A stretch of 63,597 nucleotides of DNA, the filler included, from Octopus bimaculoides (taxonomy: Eukaryota), in the NCBI RefSeq assembly GCF_001194135.2. It is 11 parts of 11 records of this genome, joined end to end, with 100 filler letters (N's around TTAATTAATTAA, not from the genome) between each part and the next. Parts side by side here need not be neighbours in the genome. Positions count along the whole stretch, not along the records: positions 18,788 to 38,534 come from NC_068984.1; positions 38,635 to 43,986 come from NC_068996.1; positions 44,087 to 46,657 come from NC_069000.1; positions 46,758 to 49,234 come from NC_068986.1; positions 49,335 to 51,366 come from NC_068988.1; 6 more parts are not named here. One strand, 5' to 3'. Of this stretch, positions 37,238 through 50,469 are shown piece after piece. Each line of letters begins with the position of its first letter. The stretch's first letter is position 1. The translations under genes and the position numbers were made by a program. Under the pieces are notes generated by a model that worked only from the letters and a program-made list of their open reading frames with translations, was not told the DNA's origin and ran no database searches.

Positions 37238-38450
37238 CAGGGTGTAAAAGGTAAATAGGAACAAAATTTCAAATGGGTATATTTCTAATTGTATAGCGTT
37301 TGTTGGAGTCTAAATTTTAAATATTATCAGCTTGAATAATCACGTATACTATTTTGTATTTCAGATTGAACAAACTATAAATGTTAATAAAGAATTAAAC
37401 CGAATGTTAATAAAGAATTCGAAATTGATGAATTATTCCGCGCCGGCAAAAGTGCTGGGCAGATTGTTAGAGCCAAAAAGTACGCCAAATCTACTGTCTT
37501 TAGAGTTGTAGTCAATTTGAAGAAAAGTCAGGATGTTCAGAGAAAGCCTTACAGTCCTTGTAGTGACCGAAAACGCACACCTCGCTTCTTAACAGGACTT
37601 GAAAGATTGATTGAGTCGAACCCATCAAAATCGATGACGAAGTTGGCTCAAGATAGAAGAATCGATAAAATGACTGTGAGACAAGATATAAGATCGTACG
37701 TGAGAAGACACCGTAACATCCTAACTACCCGGAAAGAAGTTCCAAACTTCTTAGTCATCTGAAACAGCGTGACGGAGACGTCCGCATCTTCGTGGATGAA
37801 AAGAAGTTCATGATAGGCGAAGATGCAAACAGTCAAAACTCACGAGTAATAGCGTACGGCCCTCCCCAAGTTCCTTCAGTTATGCATAGCAAGAATCCAG
37901 CTCCCATTAAGGTCTTTGGAGTTGTTGCAAGTCATAGTAAATTGATGCTTCCTCATTTTATTGAAACGGTTCTTAAAATAAACGCAACAGAGTATCTCAA
38001 AATCTTAAAAGTTTTGTTGCTTTGGATTAAGAAGCATTATTATGCAAGTCGAAAAGAGTGGAAGAATTTTTGAAGAAAGAATTGCCTATCTTTGTCCCTA
38101 ATGATATCTGACCCTCTAGCTCACCAGATTTGAATCCGTGTGATTTTTTACTACAGGGTGTAGTTGAAGCAATATCCAGCGCAACTTCTCGCAACTGTGT
38201 GTCTTCACTGAAGGCTTTGATCAAGCGAAGTAAAATGAAAAAGGAAGAAATACTTAAGACATGCGCATCATTTCATAAACGGATTGAACCGACAAAGAGA
38301 GCAAATTGCGGTAACATTGAACTGAAATAGGTACTAAAAAAATCCACAATAAATTGGCATAAACATAAAATTTGCAGTGTTTGAGTTTTCCGAGTTATAC
38401 CAATTATAATAAAAATATGTAAATGGTCCCAATTTACCTGTTACACCCTG
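37238..38450 (+). mobile_element. Degenerate Tc1/mariner-superfamily element with both TIRs (maT/DD37D-like)
   Basis: TIRs CAGGGTGTAA(A/C)AGGTAAAT at both ends, TA on the left flank. Broken transposase with DEKKF, VFGVVAS..PHF, KINATEYLKIL and SPDLNPCDF. Subfamily assignment is from memory. Confidence 0.8.
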
Positions 38451-38489
38451 GGTATATATATACATATATATGTGTGTGTGTATATATAA

Positions 38490-38534
<45 letters not shown>

Positions 38535-38780
38535 NNNNNNNNNNNNNNNNNNNNNNNNNNNNNNNNNNNNNNNNNNNNTTAATTAATTAANNNNNNNNNN
38601 NNNNNNNNNNNNNNNNNNNNNNNNNNNNNNNNNNAGCCAATTCCTCTTGACTCAGGACAGAACTACGTCCTCCAGACATTTAATGTAAGCATCCGTGTTG
38701 AGTCTGAGGCCATGTGGAAAGATGAATGGAGGCATAACGTTGCCATCACTAGTGATTACTCCAAACACCATGATGTTGGG

Positions 38781-38804
38781 TTAGGGTTAGGGTTAGGGTT
38801 AGGG
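38781..38804 (+). repeat. Interstitial telomere-like (TTAGGG)4
   Basis: Seen directly. A shorter (CCCTAA)n run lies at about 46578-46611. Confidence 0.85.
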
Positions 38805-41671
38805 ACTGTATGTTTGATTTTTATCACTGTCGGTACATGTCCTCAGATTGCGCTGTTCTCAGATTGACACCAAAACACTATGAAATGCTCGTATTAGAGC
38901 TTCCGGCACGAATGCCAAGCAGTAAAGCATGTCATTTCCAAATTTGTGGGAGAGTGAATTGTGTCATGGTGCTGTTTTTTTTCTCTCACACGCTGCCCAA
39001 CTGACCCTACTATACTGTGCAAACGACAACATCAAAGACAAACAATGCGCATACATGAAAACAAAAATATAAAATGACGACAGTTTATCCATTGCACCCT
39101 CTGTCTTCCCCTCCCTCTCGTTCTTTAGTCCCTCTGATTTCCCCCTCTCTCCTATTCCTTAATCTCTCTTCCTCCCCTCCCTCGTATCCCTTAATCCGCC
39201 TGTCCTCTTTAACTCTTTCTCTCTCCTATCACGTGATCGCTGTCCGGCCAAGGCCTTGTCGTCCTCTTTCGACCAGCTAGCTTCCAGGCCGATCACCTTC
39301 GTCTGTCCTCCCCCTCGGTCTCTTACGACTTTCCATTTTGCTTTTGCGTCAGCTTACCACGTTCGCCAGATAGTCCAAAGACTTCCAATTATTTATTTAT
39401 ATTGTAATCGTACAATTATTTTCCTTTCGTTGTAAACTCGAAAGGCGTTTCTCCATTGTACACGTACAATTCTTTTTCTGTCGCACTTGCATTATTATTT
39501 CATCATGTTACTTTCGCAAGACCCTTTCTGTTATGTATTTATTTATTTGTATTTGTAAATGTTCAATCATTTTTCTTCTGTTGCATAGCCGAAAGGCGTT
39601 CGTCTGTGGTACGTGCATAGTTCTAGTTTTCTTATATTTGTTTTCGTTCTTGTTTCAGATCTTGTCTACATTCTTTTGCTTTTTCCCAGAAGCTTAATGC
39701 TTTTAGCTTAAGTCTCTGGAATTTTCCGGATTCGAGCAGTCTCAGTGGTAAAAGAGTGCGAGACTGTTAGGACTTTCTGGACACTGACTGACGAGCAAAT
39801 CAGCTGCGAATGTTTCGTATATCCTGATTTTGTTCTATTTACCATTTGTTATGCTATCGTCTATTTTTCGCGTGTTGTGTCTTGTAGGATTTCCATTTAT
39901 GCACTTCCTGTCCTCCCCTTGATTTATATNNNNNNNNNNNNNNNNNNNNNNNNNNNNNNNNNNNNNNNNNNNNNNNNNNNNNNNNNNNNNNNNNNNNNNN
40001 NNNNNNNNNNNNNNNNNNNNNNNNNNNNNTTATTATTATTATTATTATTATTATTATTCTGCACGCCCTCGTACAGTATCCGGACATTGCTGACTTGTGG
40101 GGTTATGTCGAACAGCTGCAGTCACGCGTGGGATGGATCCGTCTGTCAACCGAGTCTGTAGTGATAATCACACCACCAACCTCCTTCAATCGGGCAAGCA
40201 AGGCAGTTTTCCTTTGGCTGGTGGCTTTGACGAAAGAGACTGTTAGGTGAACAAGACTGAAAGGCATGAGGACAGATACTTTCCTCTTTGGTAGAGCTCT
40301 CATTGACTTCTTCTAGTTTCACTTGAATAGAAAAATGAGGGTAGAGAGGGAAGTGTTGTGTTCTAGCCAGTTTGCTGAAAGGTGGATGAAAGTGGCGAGA
40401 ATGGTGCAAGTGAATGGGCCTACCCTGCGCATACGCCTGTAGTTGGAAAGACAACTGCCCCAAAACTCAGGGTACCCATAATCTTGGGGTTTTCCACGAG
40501 CAGCCCTCGAATGTCTCCTCCCTATTGAGTATCACACGTTGAGTTTTTAAATTTTGTTAGTCTTGTTTACACGCAAAACCCTCGCAACACATACACAAAT
40601 ACATATTCTTTGTTTTGGCCCGTACTGTACATAATGTTTTTTTTAATGCAAACCCTTGTGGTTAATAAAGAAACCATAATTATTATTATTATTACTATTA
40701 CTGTAATTGAGAAAGCAGCGCAGGCCATCAAAGTGACACTTGCGTACAATTATACGAAGCCCTATATGCCCATCACAACCACATGTGTGTGACATGGTGA
40801 TGTTATATCAAGATAAACAGCGTATGACCTTGCAGGTGGGGCCCAGGTTGAGTAGCCCATCCCGTTCAAAAGGTCTTTGAATAAGGTTTGTTTAAGTACG
40901 ATGAACGAAACACCCATGTTTCCAGAGGTGAATTCTTCAAACCCCAAAGAATTCCTCTCAACACATGGCTATGATGCTCCCCCACTACTTCTGCTCGTGA
41001 TCAGAGATGCACATATCGTCAGCCACCAAGGGACATGCTCAACTGGTTAAGGTCAAACAACTGACCAGTAAATCTGTGGTACTGAGCAGAATATTTGCTG
41101 TAGCCCATCTTTTATACCAAGACAAAACAATGTACATGATAACACCTCCAATCAGTTAAGATCAGAAGCCATGAGAGCCACTGCCTGGTACTGCAGCAGA
41201 GTATTTATTATCATTATTGTTGTTGTTGTTGTTGTCGTCATTGTTATTATTATCATTATTATTAAATTAAGATAAACTAAGTATCAGTGAAACACTGGAG
41301 TCGATGTAATCGACTGGTCCTCTCCCACCGAAAAGTTTCAGGCCTCGTGCCTATAGTAGAAAGAATTATTATTATTATCAAGGTGGCAAGCAGGTAGAAT
41401 CATTAGCACGCTGGGCAAAATGCTTAGCAGCATTTCAGCCCTCTGCACTTTCCGAACTCAAATTCCGAGGAGGCTGACTTTGCCTTTCATCTATTTTGGG
41501 GTCGACAAAAGAAGTACCCGTTGAGCACTGAGGTCAATGTAATCGACTTACCCCGCCCCACCAAATTTTAATTCTTGAACCAAAATCATCATCATCATCA
41601 TTATAGTCGTCATCATCGTTGTTGTTGTTATGAAAAATTTCAGCTTTATGTTGATTGGTATGGTGGAAAGT

Positions 41672-41820
41672 GTCGGCTGTCCATAGCCAGTCGGCTGTCC
41701 ATAGCCAGTCGGCTGTCCATAGCCAGTCGGCTGTCCATAGCCAGTCGGCTGTCCATAGCCAGTCGGTTGTCCATAGCCAGTCGGCTGTCCATAGCCAGTC
41801 GGCTGTCCATAACCAGTCAG
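41672..41820. repeat. 18-bp minisatellite, 8 copies plus a partial copy
   Basis: Unit GTCGGCTGTCCATAGCCA starts at 41672, 41690 ... 41798. Only two substitutions across the array. Confidence 0.95.
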
Positions 41821-42696
41821 CAAAGATAACACTTGTTTACTGATCATGCTTCAAGAACCCTGCTAAGAATTCTTGCAGTTTCAAGCAATAATTATTTTTA
41901 TAGGTGTTCTATCTTTACATTTGTACCAATCTTTTGCAGCCATGTTGTTAGTTGATTGCTGATACTTCCAAGTGCACCAATTACGTCCACAACCTGCTCA
42001 TTTCCCACTTCAAATCGTCATAGCTACTCACTTTTTCTTCTTTCTCTTTGATCCTGTTGTTACTGGGACATGCTTAGTCATTATAATACAATAATACTAC
42101 TGATAATTGTTTTTACTAGTTGCAGTGCAGTTGAGCTTATTCTAGCAAAAATAACAATAAAACAGTATATTGCTGGTATTGGGGAAACTAGGAATGGCGA
42201 ACTAAACAGCTAAAATTTGAACCACAGACAGTAGGGTAAGTAGCGAAAGGTGTTGTACAGTGTCTAAGGAACACAAGAAAAAAAAATACATTACTATAAT
42301 AGATTACTTTGATTTAGAACAGTGCTCCACAACCAGTTTGCTGCAGCACATTGGTGTGTTACGAGACGATGCTAGGTGTGCCGCTGTGTAACCTGAATAT
42401 AATTTTTTCTCCTTTACTTTTAGTTATATTTTTAGTTCAGGTGTGTCGCCGAATGTTGAAAAGAATATAAGTGTACGGCAAGTGAAAAAAGGATGCGGAG
42501 CACTGATTAAAAACTGTCATAAATTGCACTCCCTTATATTCAAATGAGATAGAGGGGGAGCGATATGAGTTGCTTTGATGTTCGTACTTTACCAAAGAGC
42601 ATTCGCATGAGATATTTCCAAGCAAGAATTGAAACTAGTTCGTCTTACGATGTTGTAAGATGTTTCGCTATCAGCTCCCGGGTATTAATCGGAAGG

Positions 42697-42925
42697 GCAG
42701 CGAGCTGGCAGAATCGTTAGCATGCAGGGCGAAATGCTTAGCTGTATTTCATCTGCCGTTACGTTCTGAGTTCAAATTCCGCCGAGGTCGACTTTGCCTT
42801 TCATCCTTTCGGGGTCGATTAAATAAGTGCCAGTTACATACTGGGGTCAATGTAATCGACTTAATCCCTTTGTTTGTCCTTGTTTGTCTCCTCTGTATGT
42901 AGCCCCCTGTGGGCAATAAAGAATT
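42697..42925 (+). mobile_element. SINE family B, well conserved
   Basis: Complete head to gggcaataaagaa tail, followed by a (CATA)n microsatellite. Confidence 0.85.
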
Positions 42926-42985
42926 TAACATACATACATACATATATACACACACACATACATACACACACACATACATGCATGC

Positions 42986-43016
<31 letters not shown>

Positions 43017-43622
43017 CATACATACATACATACACACATTACATACATACATACATATATACATACATGCATACATACATACACGCATAAATACATACAT
43101 ACATACATGCATGCATACATACATACATACATACATACATACATACATGCAAAAATATTCAATCACGTATACTTAATGCACATAAAAATGTCCACTGTCT
43201 TCAGGAAGAGGTACTTCTCGCTTTACAAAGCAGTACTCTTCGGATATTCGGAGTGAGTTATACATTAGAACTTGTATATTCATAAAGGCCACATCTGACC
43301 AAATGTCGTTTTCGGTTATTTCGGTGCTTATTACTTGCCCATATAAAACCATGAATGTGAAAGCGATGCGAGTCAAATGGTAACGTAAGCAACAATGCGC
43401 ATAACAACTACCCTTCTGTTGTATCGCTTCCTGTATTGTCGTTAGAACATTTGGATATTTTTGTCATGTACCTCCACAGCGTGTTTTTCTGATTCGCTTT
43501 CGTGTTCAGTATTGAGCTTATGATATCATAGTTTCTTCCTTGATGGACAGAGGATATTCTGTATCACTCTTAGGTTAAACTACCTGAAATTGTTCTTTGA
43601 AGGACACGTGAAAAGTGCGTAC

Positions 43623-43765
43623 CTCTTTTGAGAAGCAGATAATTTATTTCCTTCATTTTTTTTCTGTTCGATAAAAGCTGATGTATCGATGCACTTTCCC
43701 TTGTCAAACAGCTCTACCAGGCAGACTTTTTCTCTGCTAGGTAATTCATACATTTGTCTCTCTAT
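43623..43765 (-). CDS. Candidate orphan internal exon, product unknown
   Basis: Pyrimidine-rich acceptor ending cctcag and donor gtacgc. Only one frame is open: IERQMYELPSREKVCLVELFDKGKCIDTSAFIEQKKNEGNKLSASQK. No family recognised. Confidence 0.2.
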
Positions 43766-43854
43766 CTGAGGTTGCTCGAACAAGGAAGGCTGGAAAAGAT
43801 TTTACTGCTTCTTAATTTGAACTCTCCATTTGTTTCTTTAGATGGCAGGATCTA

Positions 43855-43909
<55 letters not shown>

Positions 43910-46900
43910 ACAGGCGTGTGGGTGTGTGAGTTAGTGTGTGTGTGTGTGTGTGTGTGTGAGTGTCTGTGTGTGTGTGGTGTTATTAANNNNNNNNNNNNNN
44001 NNNNNNNNNNNNNNNNNNNNNNNNNNNNNNTTAATTAATTAANNNNNNNNNNNNNNNNNNNNNNNNNNNNNNNNNNNNNNNNNNNNGAAGAAGATCACAT
44101 TCTTCTAGCACATTAGCCGTCCATCTAGTGGTCTCCTTTATATATACATATACAATAATCCTTTGAGATCTCATATAATTTTTCTGAATCTCCTGATTCT
44201 TTCAATGTACTAGTCCCATGGTATTAAATTGATATTAATTAATATCCAATTTTTTACCTTACTGTTTTAATTTATACATATATATATAGCCCTCGCCCCA
44301 ACCCTCACCCCGTTCGCGAGCGCGCATCTTTTTCTTCATATTCGTTCCCAGCAAGTTGTTTTACACCTATTAGACTAATTTTTTTTTATTTTTGTCACCG
44401 GGTCAACCAATTTTCGTACGTGTATAAATTCATTATTAGTCGACGCCCTGCCAACCACTGAATAATCTGGTCTCGTAATTCGGTTAATTAGGTTATATTC
44501 CAAGATTGATTTGTGGTTTTCCACGTGCCTTTCTGATCAATTCCAAAGTAAATGATATCCAATATTTATGTTGACTTATGCATGTCCCTTTACTAGTTGT
44601 ATCCCCCTTAATTTTTATTTACTTTTTTAATAACAGTAAACTGAACAATTACCGAAGTTTTATCAATTATAATAACGTAATAATATTTGTAAACTTTGTA
44701 AAAGCTTTATGTAAATTAGTGTTTTTCTTTTCTTATAGATAAGCATTTGGTACACATATATAAAATAAGAAATGCAGACATTCACAAATTTCTCACGTTT
44801 TTATAATTAAAAAAAAGACAAGTTCAACCCTGATCTTGTAAATTTATTACCAAAAGTATACTTGTAGAGACAACCCCGTCGCATTAGGGGTACACTACAC
44901 GACGTAATGCAGCCTTTCCCTATTAAAGATAGTAGGACCTGATTTCTAGAAAAGTGGAGACTATGTAGAGGTTGTTGTTAACATGTACAGAATCGAGCTT
45001 AGTTTCAAGGGGACGGTGAATCGAAACTGGGTGCAACGATCACCAAAAACTAACGGTCACAGCGAACAAAAAAGAAAAAAAGCGACTGCTTGGTCGCATG
45101 TTCTGTTCCAAACAGCAACTTAATCCCCTCAAATCAAATCCAATCGTCTTAAAAAGACAAGACACATTGATTAGGGTGGTCCCAGATAAACAAAATGATT
45201 GGGGAATAAAGACAGAGTTTCACCTTATAATCACAATAGCTGGTTAATGTTTAACCCAATAATTTACTTGGTTTAATTCTTCTTTTTTTTTTTTTTTTCA
45301 TCCACCTTGTTAACAAGCATATATTTCGAGACAACGAAGGTGTCCTAATGTGGAAGTTAGAATTGCTTGAAATAGCAAATAAATCTCCGTCAAATCACGC
45401 CCTATCATCATAGAAAAAGGTAGGACACATTGGTTAATATAGTTTAAAGTAATCTATATCTAGAAAAAGAAAGGTGGGAATGATATAGATGTATTTCCTT
45501 CTTCGTTAGGGAAACTTGAATATTTTGAAACAGCAAAGAAACTAAAGAAAAACAAAAAACTGCTCCCGCCACTCAACAATCAGAACTACGCGCAAATCTT
45601 CAAATAAAAAATTCGTTCTTTAACATACTTACTTTTGAAGGTTTGCCAATCTGCTTCGACATCATTTCAGTAGCTTTCGACAAGAAATCTTGTGGGATTT
45701 TCTCCCGAGGTAAATTAGTATTGATAACTAAGATAGGCATACTTTATTCCAAGGTAACAAATCACTACAAATGCTCGGTGAACTGAACAAAATCGAGGGA
45801 GAGAACTGCAGTTTATAATCACGCACCCGTGCCGTGTGGTTTGATATTTAAATGTTACGATAATGTAGTTATGTCCCTTTACTTTCTGCATTAAATGTTG
45901 CGATTTTTTCTTTCTGTTCTCTTCCTTTTTTTTTTAATGCCTCTGGTAATCAATGTGAGAGTTATGATACTCATGCAATACTACCCCCACCCCCCTAAAA
46001 TCAAGTGCTGATAATGAAAGATGCTATAATTGGGCAAGAAATTTAGAAAATAAACTGCTACTATTGAACTTTATTATTTCAGGTCAATTATCAAATACAA
46101 CTCTCTGTAATTTCTTTGGTGAATCGCTATCAAAATATATCGACGATGAATTTAGTCTTCTACTCTACATCTTGTGAACTAAATATATAAACATGCGAAT
46201 AATTAAAACATATTTGTGTTAAACAATTTTCAATTAATCTCACGTGGCTAACAAATAAAACTTGGTATTTTATTTTCTAAATTTTTTGGCCGATTCAGTC
46301 AGTTCTCAATACTTCTAGCGACATTCTTACAGAAGTAGGATCTTTTTTAAAACGGGGGCCACATTTTTCATTAACGAAACACTTTGAAACTTGGAACACT
46401 GGTAGAATGTGTCATATAAAACATCTTTTTCTCTTAGTCTTCTTTAAAAAAAAAGAAATCCATAAGTTATTCCATGCTAAAGTTATCGTATTTCTGTAAT
46501 TTCAACCAATCACTGACGTCCATTCAGCCGATATACATTAAGTGCCGACTACATAAACAAACGATTCTGAAACAATTAACCCTAACAATTAACCCTAACC
46601 CTAACCCTAACTCAAATTTAAAATGAAAAAAGCAAATAAAACGAAGGTATGGAGATTNNNNNNNNNNNNNNNNNNNNNNNNNNNNNNNNNNNNNNNNNNN
46701 NTTAATTAATTAANNNNNNNNNNNNNNNNNNNNNNNNNNNNNNNNNNNNNNNNNNNNACAATAAATATTCTTTTCAAATTTTAGCCCAAGGTCAGCAAGT
46801 ACTCGGCTGCTACTTATTTAATCGATCTCGAAGGAATTACAATCAAAGTCGACCTCGGCGAAATTTGAACTCAGAACGCCGCTAAGCATTTTACCCGGCG

Positions 46901-47351
46901 TGCATACGATTCTACCACCTCGCTGCACGTTTCCCAATAAATATTGGTTTCTAATTTTGGCACAAGGCCAGCAATTTCGGGGGAGGGAGAAAGTCAAGTA
47001 CATCGACCCCTGTGCTTAAGCTTAGCTGGTACTTATTTTATCGACCCCAAAAGATGAAAGGCAAAGTCGACCTCGGCGGGATTTGAACTCAGAACGGAAG
47101 GACGGACGGAATGCCCAGTGTGCTAACGATTCTACCAGCTTGCTACTTTATATTTCCAGATGATTCCCAGAACATGAAGGTACATTTTGAAAACTAACTC
47201 AATTAAAAAATGTTATGGAGAATCTTGGCTTTTTTTGTTCTAGCTGAATTTACTTTTTAACCAAGTTCCTTAACGCCATGTTGCAACTTCACTGATTTCC
47301 AAATTACTATTCTCAAAAAGTATATAAAAATTGGTAAAATTTATTTACGCA

Positions 47352-47640
47352 TGCTTGGCTGTGTGGTAAGTATCTGGCTTACCAACCACATGGTTCCGGG
47401 TTCAGCCCACCGCGTGACACCTTGGGCCAGTGTCTTCTACTATACCATCGGGCAGACCAAAGCCTTGTGCGTGGATTTGGTAGACGGAAACTGAAAGAAG
47501 CCCGTCGTATATATACATATGTGTGTGTGTGTGTGTTTGTGCGTCTGTGTTTGTCCCCCCGCCATCGCTTGACGATCGATGCTGGTGTATTTACGTGCCC
47601 GTAACTTAGCGGTTCAGCAATAGCGACCGATAGAATAAGG
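47352..47640 (+). mobile_element. SINE family A, 3'-truncated
   Basis: Same head and body motifs. Confidence 0.8.
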
Positions 47641-47698
47641 ACGTTATTTAATGTTCTCATTTAGTGTCCTATTTATAGGACAGGTCTTAATGGGTCAA

Positions 47699-47824
47699 TA
47701 TGGCTGTCCGTTCGAACGGGCTCTACTGCGATTTTTTAACCCCAAGAGGACATCTCCTCTGCATCGTTAATTAGCTACAGGAGTTAAAAAATCGCAGCAG
47801 AGTCCGTTGGAACCGACGGCCATG
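47699..47824. repeat. Palindromic hairpin element (42-bp arms)
   Basis: Arms 47699-47740 and 47783-47824 are reverse complements with 5 mismatches. Confidence 0.85.
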
Positions 47825-48455
47825 TTAAAGTCGCTACGAATATTACATTTAAATAACTTATTTTGAAGTTAATATTTAGATAAGAGATAAGGGACTAAAA
47901 TACGACAGCAATGTATTACTCGCCCTACTGCACTCCTTTGTCGTCAATAAAATTTTCCTACGCCACCAGGGGGCACTACGATCAACTTTGAGTAGCGCGA
48001 GATTAGACGATTATTTATCCGTTATAAGAATAGCGAAAAAGTTGCAAACGGAGATATATTTATGTTTAACAATAACCGCATACAAGAGTTAATTTACGAA
48101 CACATCACGAAACAAAAACAAATGTTTTTTTGTATATGAAACTATATTTATGTGCTTCCGTAAGTTTAGCGATTCAAATTTTAGATAAAAACTTATACAC
48201 AACGCATGGCTGATAATCAAAGGAGTTTTCTTTTTATTTTTCGATTTGTTTTTTTCGAGGTTTCTTTTAATTTCCTTTCAGATTCAACTCAGTGTATAAG
48301 TATCTGCTTTATACCTGCGATGTTTGATATGGAAAAGTAAACTCATATTTCGCTCTATGGTCCACTGACAAATAAGTTTCAAGCATTTGTTTTCAAAAAG
48401 CAAATATGAGCGAGAAAGAGAGAAGAGAGATAGAAGAACAGAGACAGGCAGAGGC

Positions 48456-48507
<52 letters not shown>

Positions 48508-48508
48508 G

Positions 48509-48574
<66 letters not shown>

Positions 48575-49406
48575 GAGAGGGAGAGAGAGAGACAAGCAGG
48601 CAGCAAGTGTCTTCTATCGATCCAGGCTTTGTGAGTTACACAGGGGCTGGGGGGGGGGCAACTGAAACTGTTGTAAAGCTTATCTGGGTGGATTGTACAG
48701 TATGATAGGGGGCACAATAAATCCACTGCCCAGGTTAACACGACCAGCTGGTCTTTGAGGGCCTCTGCTATCACAGTTGCATGTGCTTGGCCCGAGCTCT
48801 GTGCCCTGTGGATAACAATCCGTTATTCAAGGTTTCTTCTTCTCTTTTCCGCTTCTAATATTAGAGGTCTTTTAAAAAGCCATACCACTATGATGGATAG
48901 ATTTTCTACTATCAAATAATTTGCTGTATATTGTTCACAACTGGAATAATAAATAACATTAAATATTAAGTATTTATGGAATTTTGATTTACTGCCGGGT
49001 GACTTTTGGCCAACACTGTATATATATATATATATATATAAACAATATATGAGTATATGCATATATATGTACATGTATGTATATACGTTCATCCACATAT
49101 ACATATAGATACATAACTGGGTACATGACGTGGCAAAAGAACAAGGACAAAAATGGTAAACAAGGTGCAACAAACAAGCAGGCCACATAGAAACATCCCC
49201 TTCATCAGCTGCCATCATTAAAACTCCGGCGTTTNNNNNNNNNNNNNNNNNNNNNNNNNNNNNNNNNNNNNNNNNNNNTTAATTAATTAANNNNNNNNNN
49301 NNNNNNNNNNNNNNNNNNNNNNNNNNNNNNNNNNAGAGTAACCCCAAAAAACACAGACACACAGACACTATTACACATGTATGTATATATATATATATCC
49401 GTATGT

Positions 49407-49449
<43 letters not shown>

Positions 49450-49471
49450 ATTTATGTACTATTTTGTGTGC

Positions 49472-49529
49472 ATTTCACTGATGAGGCGAAGCATTTCTTA
49501 TGCAAAGCCAGAAATCCGGGATCTGGAAT
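49472..49529 (+). ncRNA. Type I hammerhead ribozyme
   Basis: ATTTCA | CTGATGA (49478-84) | GGC..GCAT/ATGC..GCC | A | GAAA (49511-14) | ATCC-G-GGAT stem III | AUC triplet | TGGAAT. Stem I has 6 bp including one G-U. Confidence 0.7.
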
Positions 49530-49757
49530 TATCTAACAATTTTTACTAGTTTATTTTGTCTCTTTGTACTCTCTCCTGGTGCTGTATGAACATTTAATGT
49601 GGTTTTAGAGTCAAGTTTTGGCTGCTATATCTAGCATGGGGTATCTTTCAGATACCATTATTATAATTTCAATAATAATTATTACCAATGAGGTTTTTAT
49701 TCCCATGCTTGCCACTTGATATGATCGGTATTTCAAATAACGATCATATATATATAT

Positions 49758-50062
49758 GAGAATGCATAGCCTAGTGTTTAGGGTGGTGTACACACGATCG
49801 CGAGATCGTGGTTTCAATTCCTAGATTGTGTGATGCGTTGTGTTCTTGAACAAATACCTCATCTCACGTTGCTCTGCGATCACTTCGACACCTGACGCAT
49901 GGCACACCATGCACCAGTTCAGGCAATGCCGATTTGATGGAGGGAATGAACTAATGTACAGCACATACATATTTGATCACTATAAACAAATCATTTGTGC
50001 AGGTCGTTCGGCAAAGCTGAACGCTCATACGTCGTCTTCGACGGGAGAGTCCATCATCATTG
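49758..50062 (+). mobile_element. tRNA-derived SINE family E
   Basis: A-box-like TAGCCTAGTGTTTAGG, B-box GGTTTCAATTCC. Body shared with the 5'-truncated copy at about 26611-26870. Confidence 0.7.
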
Positions 50063-50335
50063 TCATATATATATAAACAATGGCACAGATGACTTGAAGT
50101 TCACTACAGCTGTTTTAGATGTGTCCTTTATTGAACAAAATTGTTACATCATGCAACATAATCGTTTTCTTAAGGTGAATAAAGAATAGTAGATAAATGA
50201 CAGTATACGTTAGTGCACTGGTGCGCTATCCCCAACTCTATCTTGATGCTTTTAATAATTAAATACCTGATCCAATCGGATCCTGAGAATTTTATCATAT
50301 ATACATACACGATACATGTGTAATATCTATCCATC

Positions 50336-50382
<47 letters not shown>

Positions 50383-50426
50383 ACATACATACATACATAC
50401 ATATACATATATGCATACACACACAC

Positions 50427-50469
<43 letters not shown>

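Noticed and set aside
39735-39830. CAGTCTC/GAGACTG hairpin followed by CTGACGA-GCA/TGC-GAAT
   Set aside because: A15.1 is missing and stem I does not pair; two repairs would be needed to make an HHR.
40762-40947. ORF with LLNGMGYSTWAP, superficially like a FAS1 H1 motif
   Set aside because: It lacks the PTxxAF core and splice support, and runs into repeat-like sequence.
41672-41820. Tandem repeats as a CRISPR array (also 51467-51703)
   Set aside because: No unique spacers, no cas genes, and the context is animal DNA.
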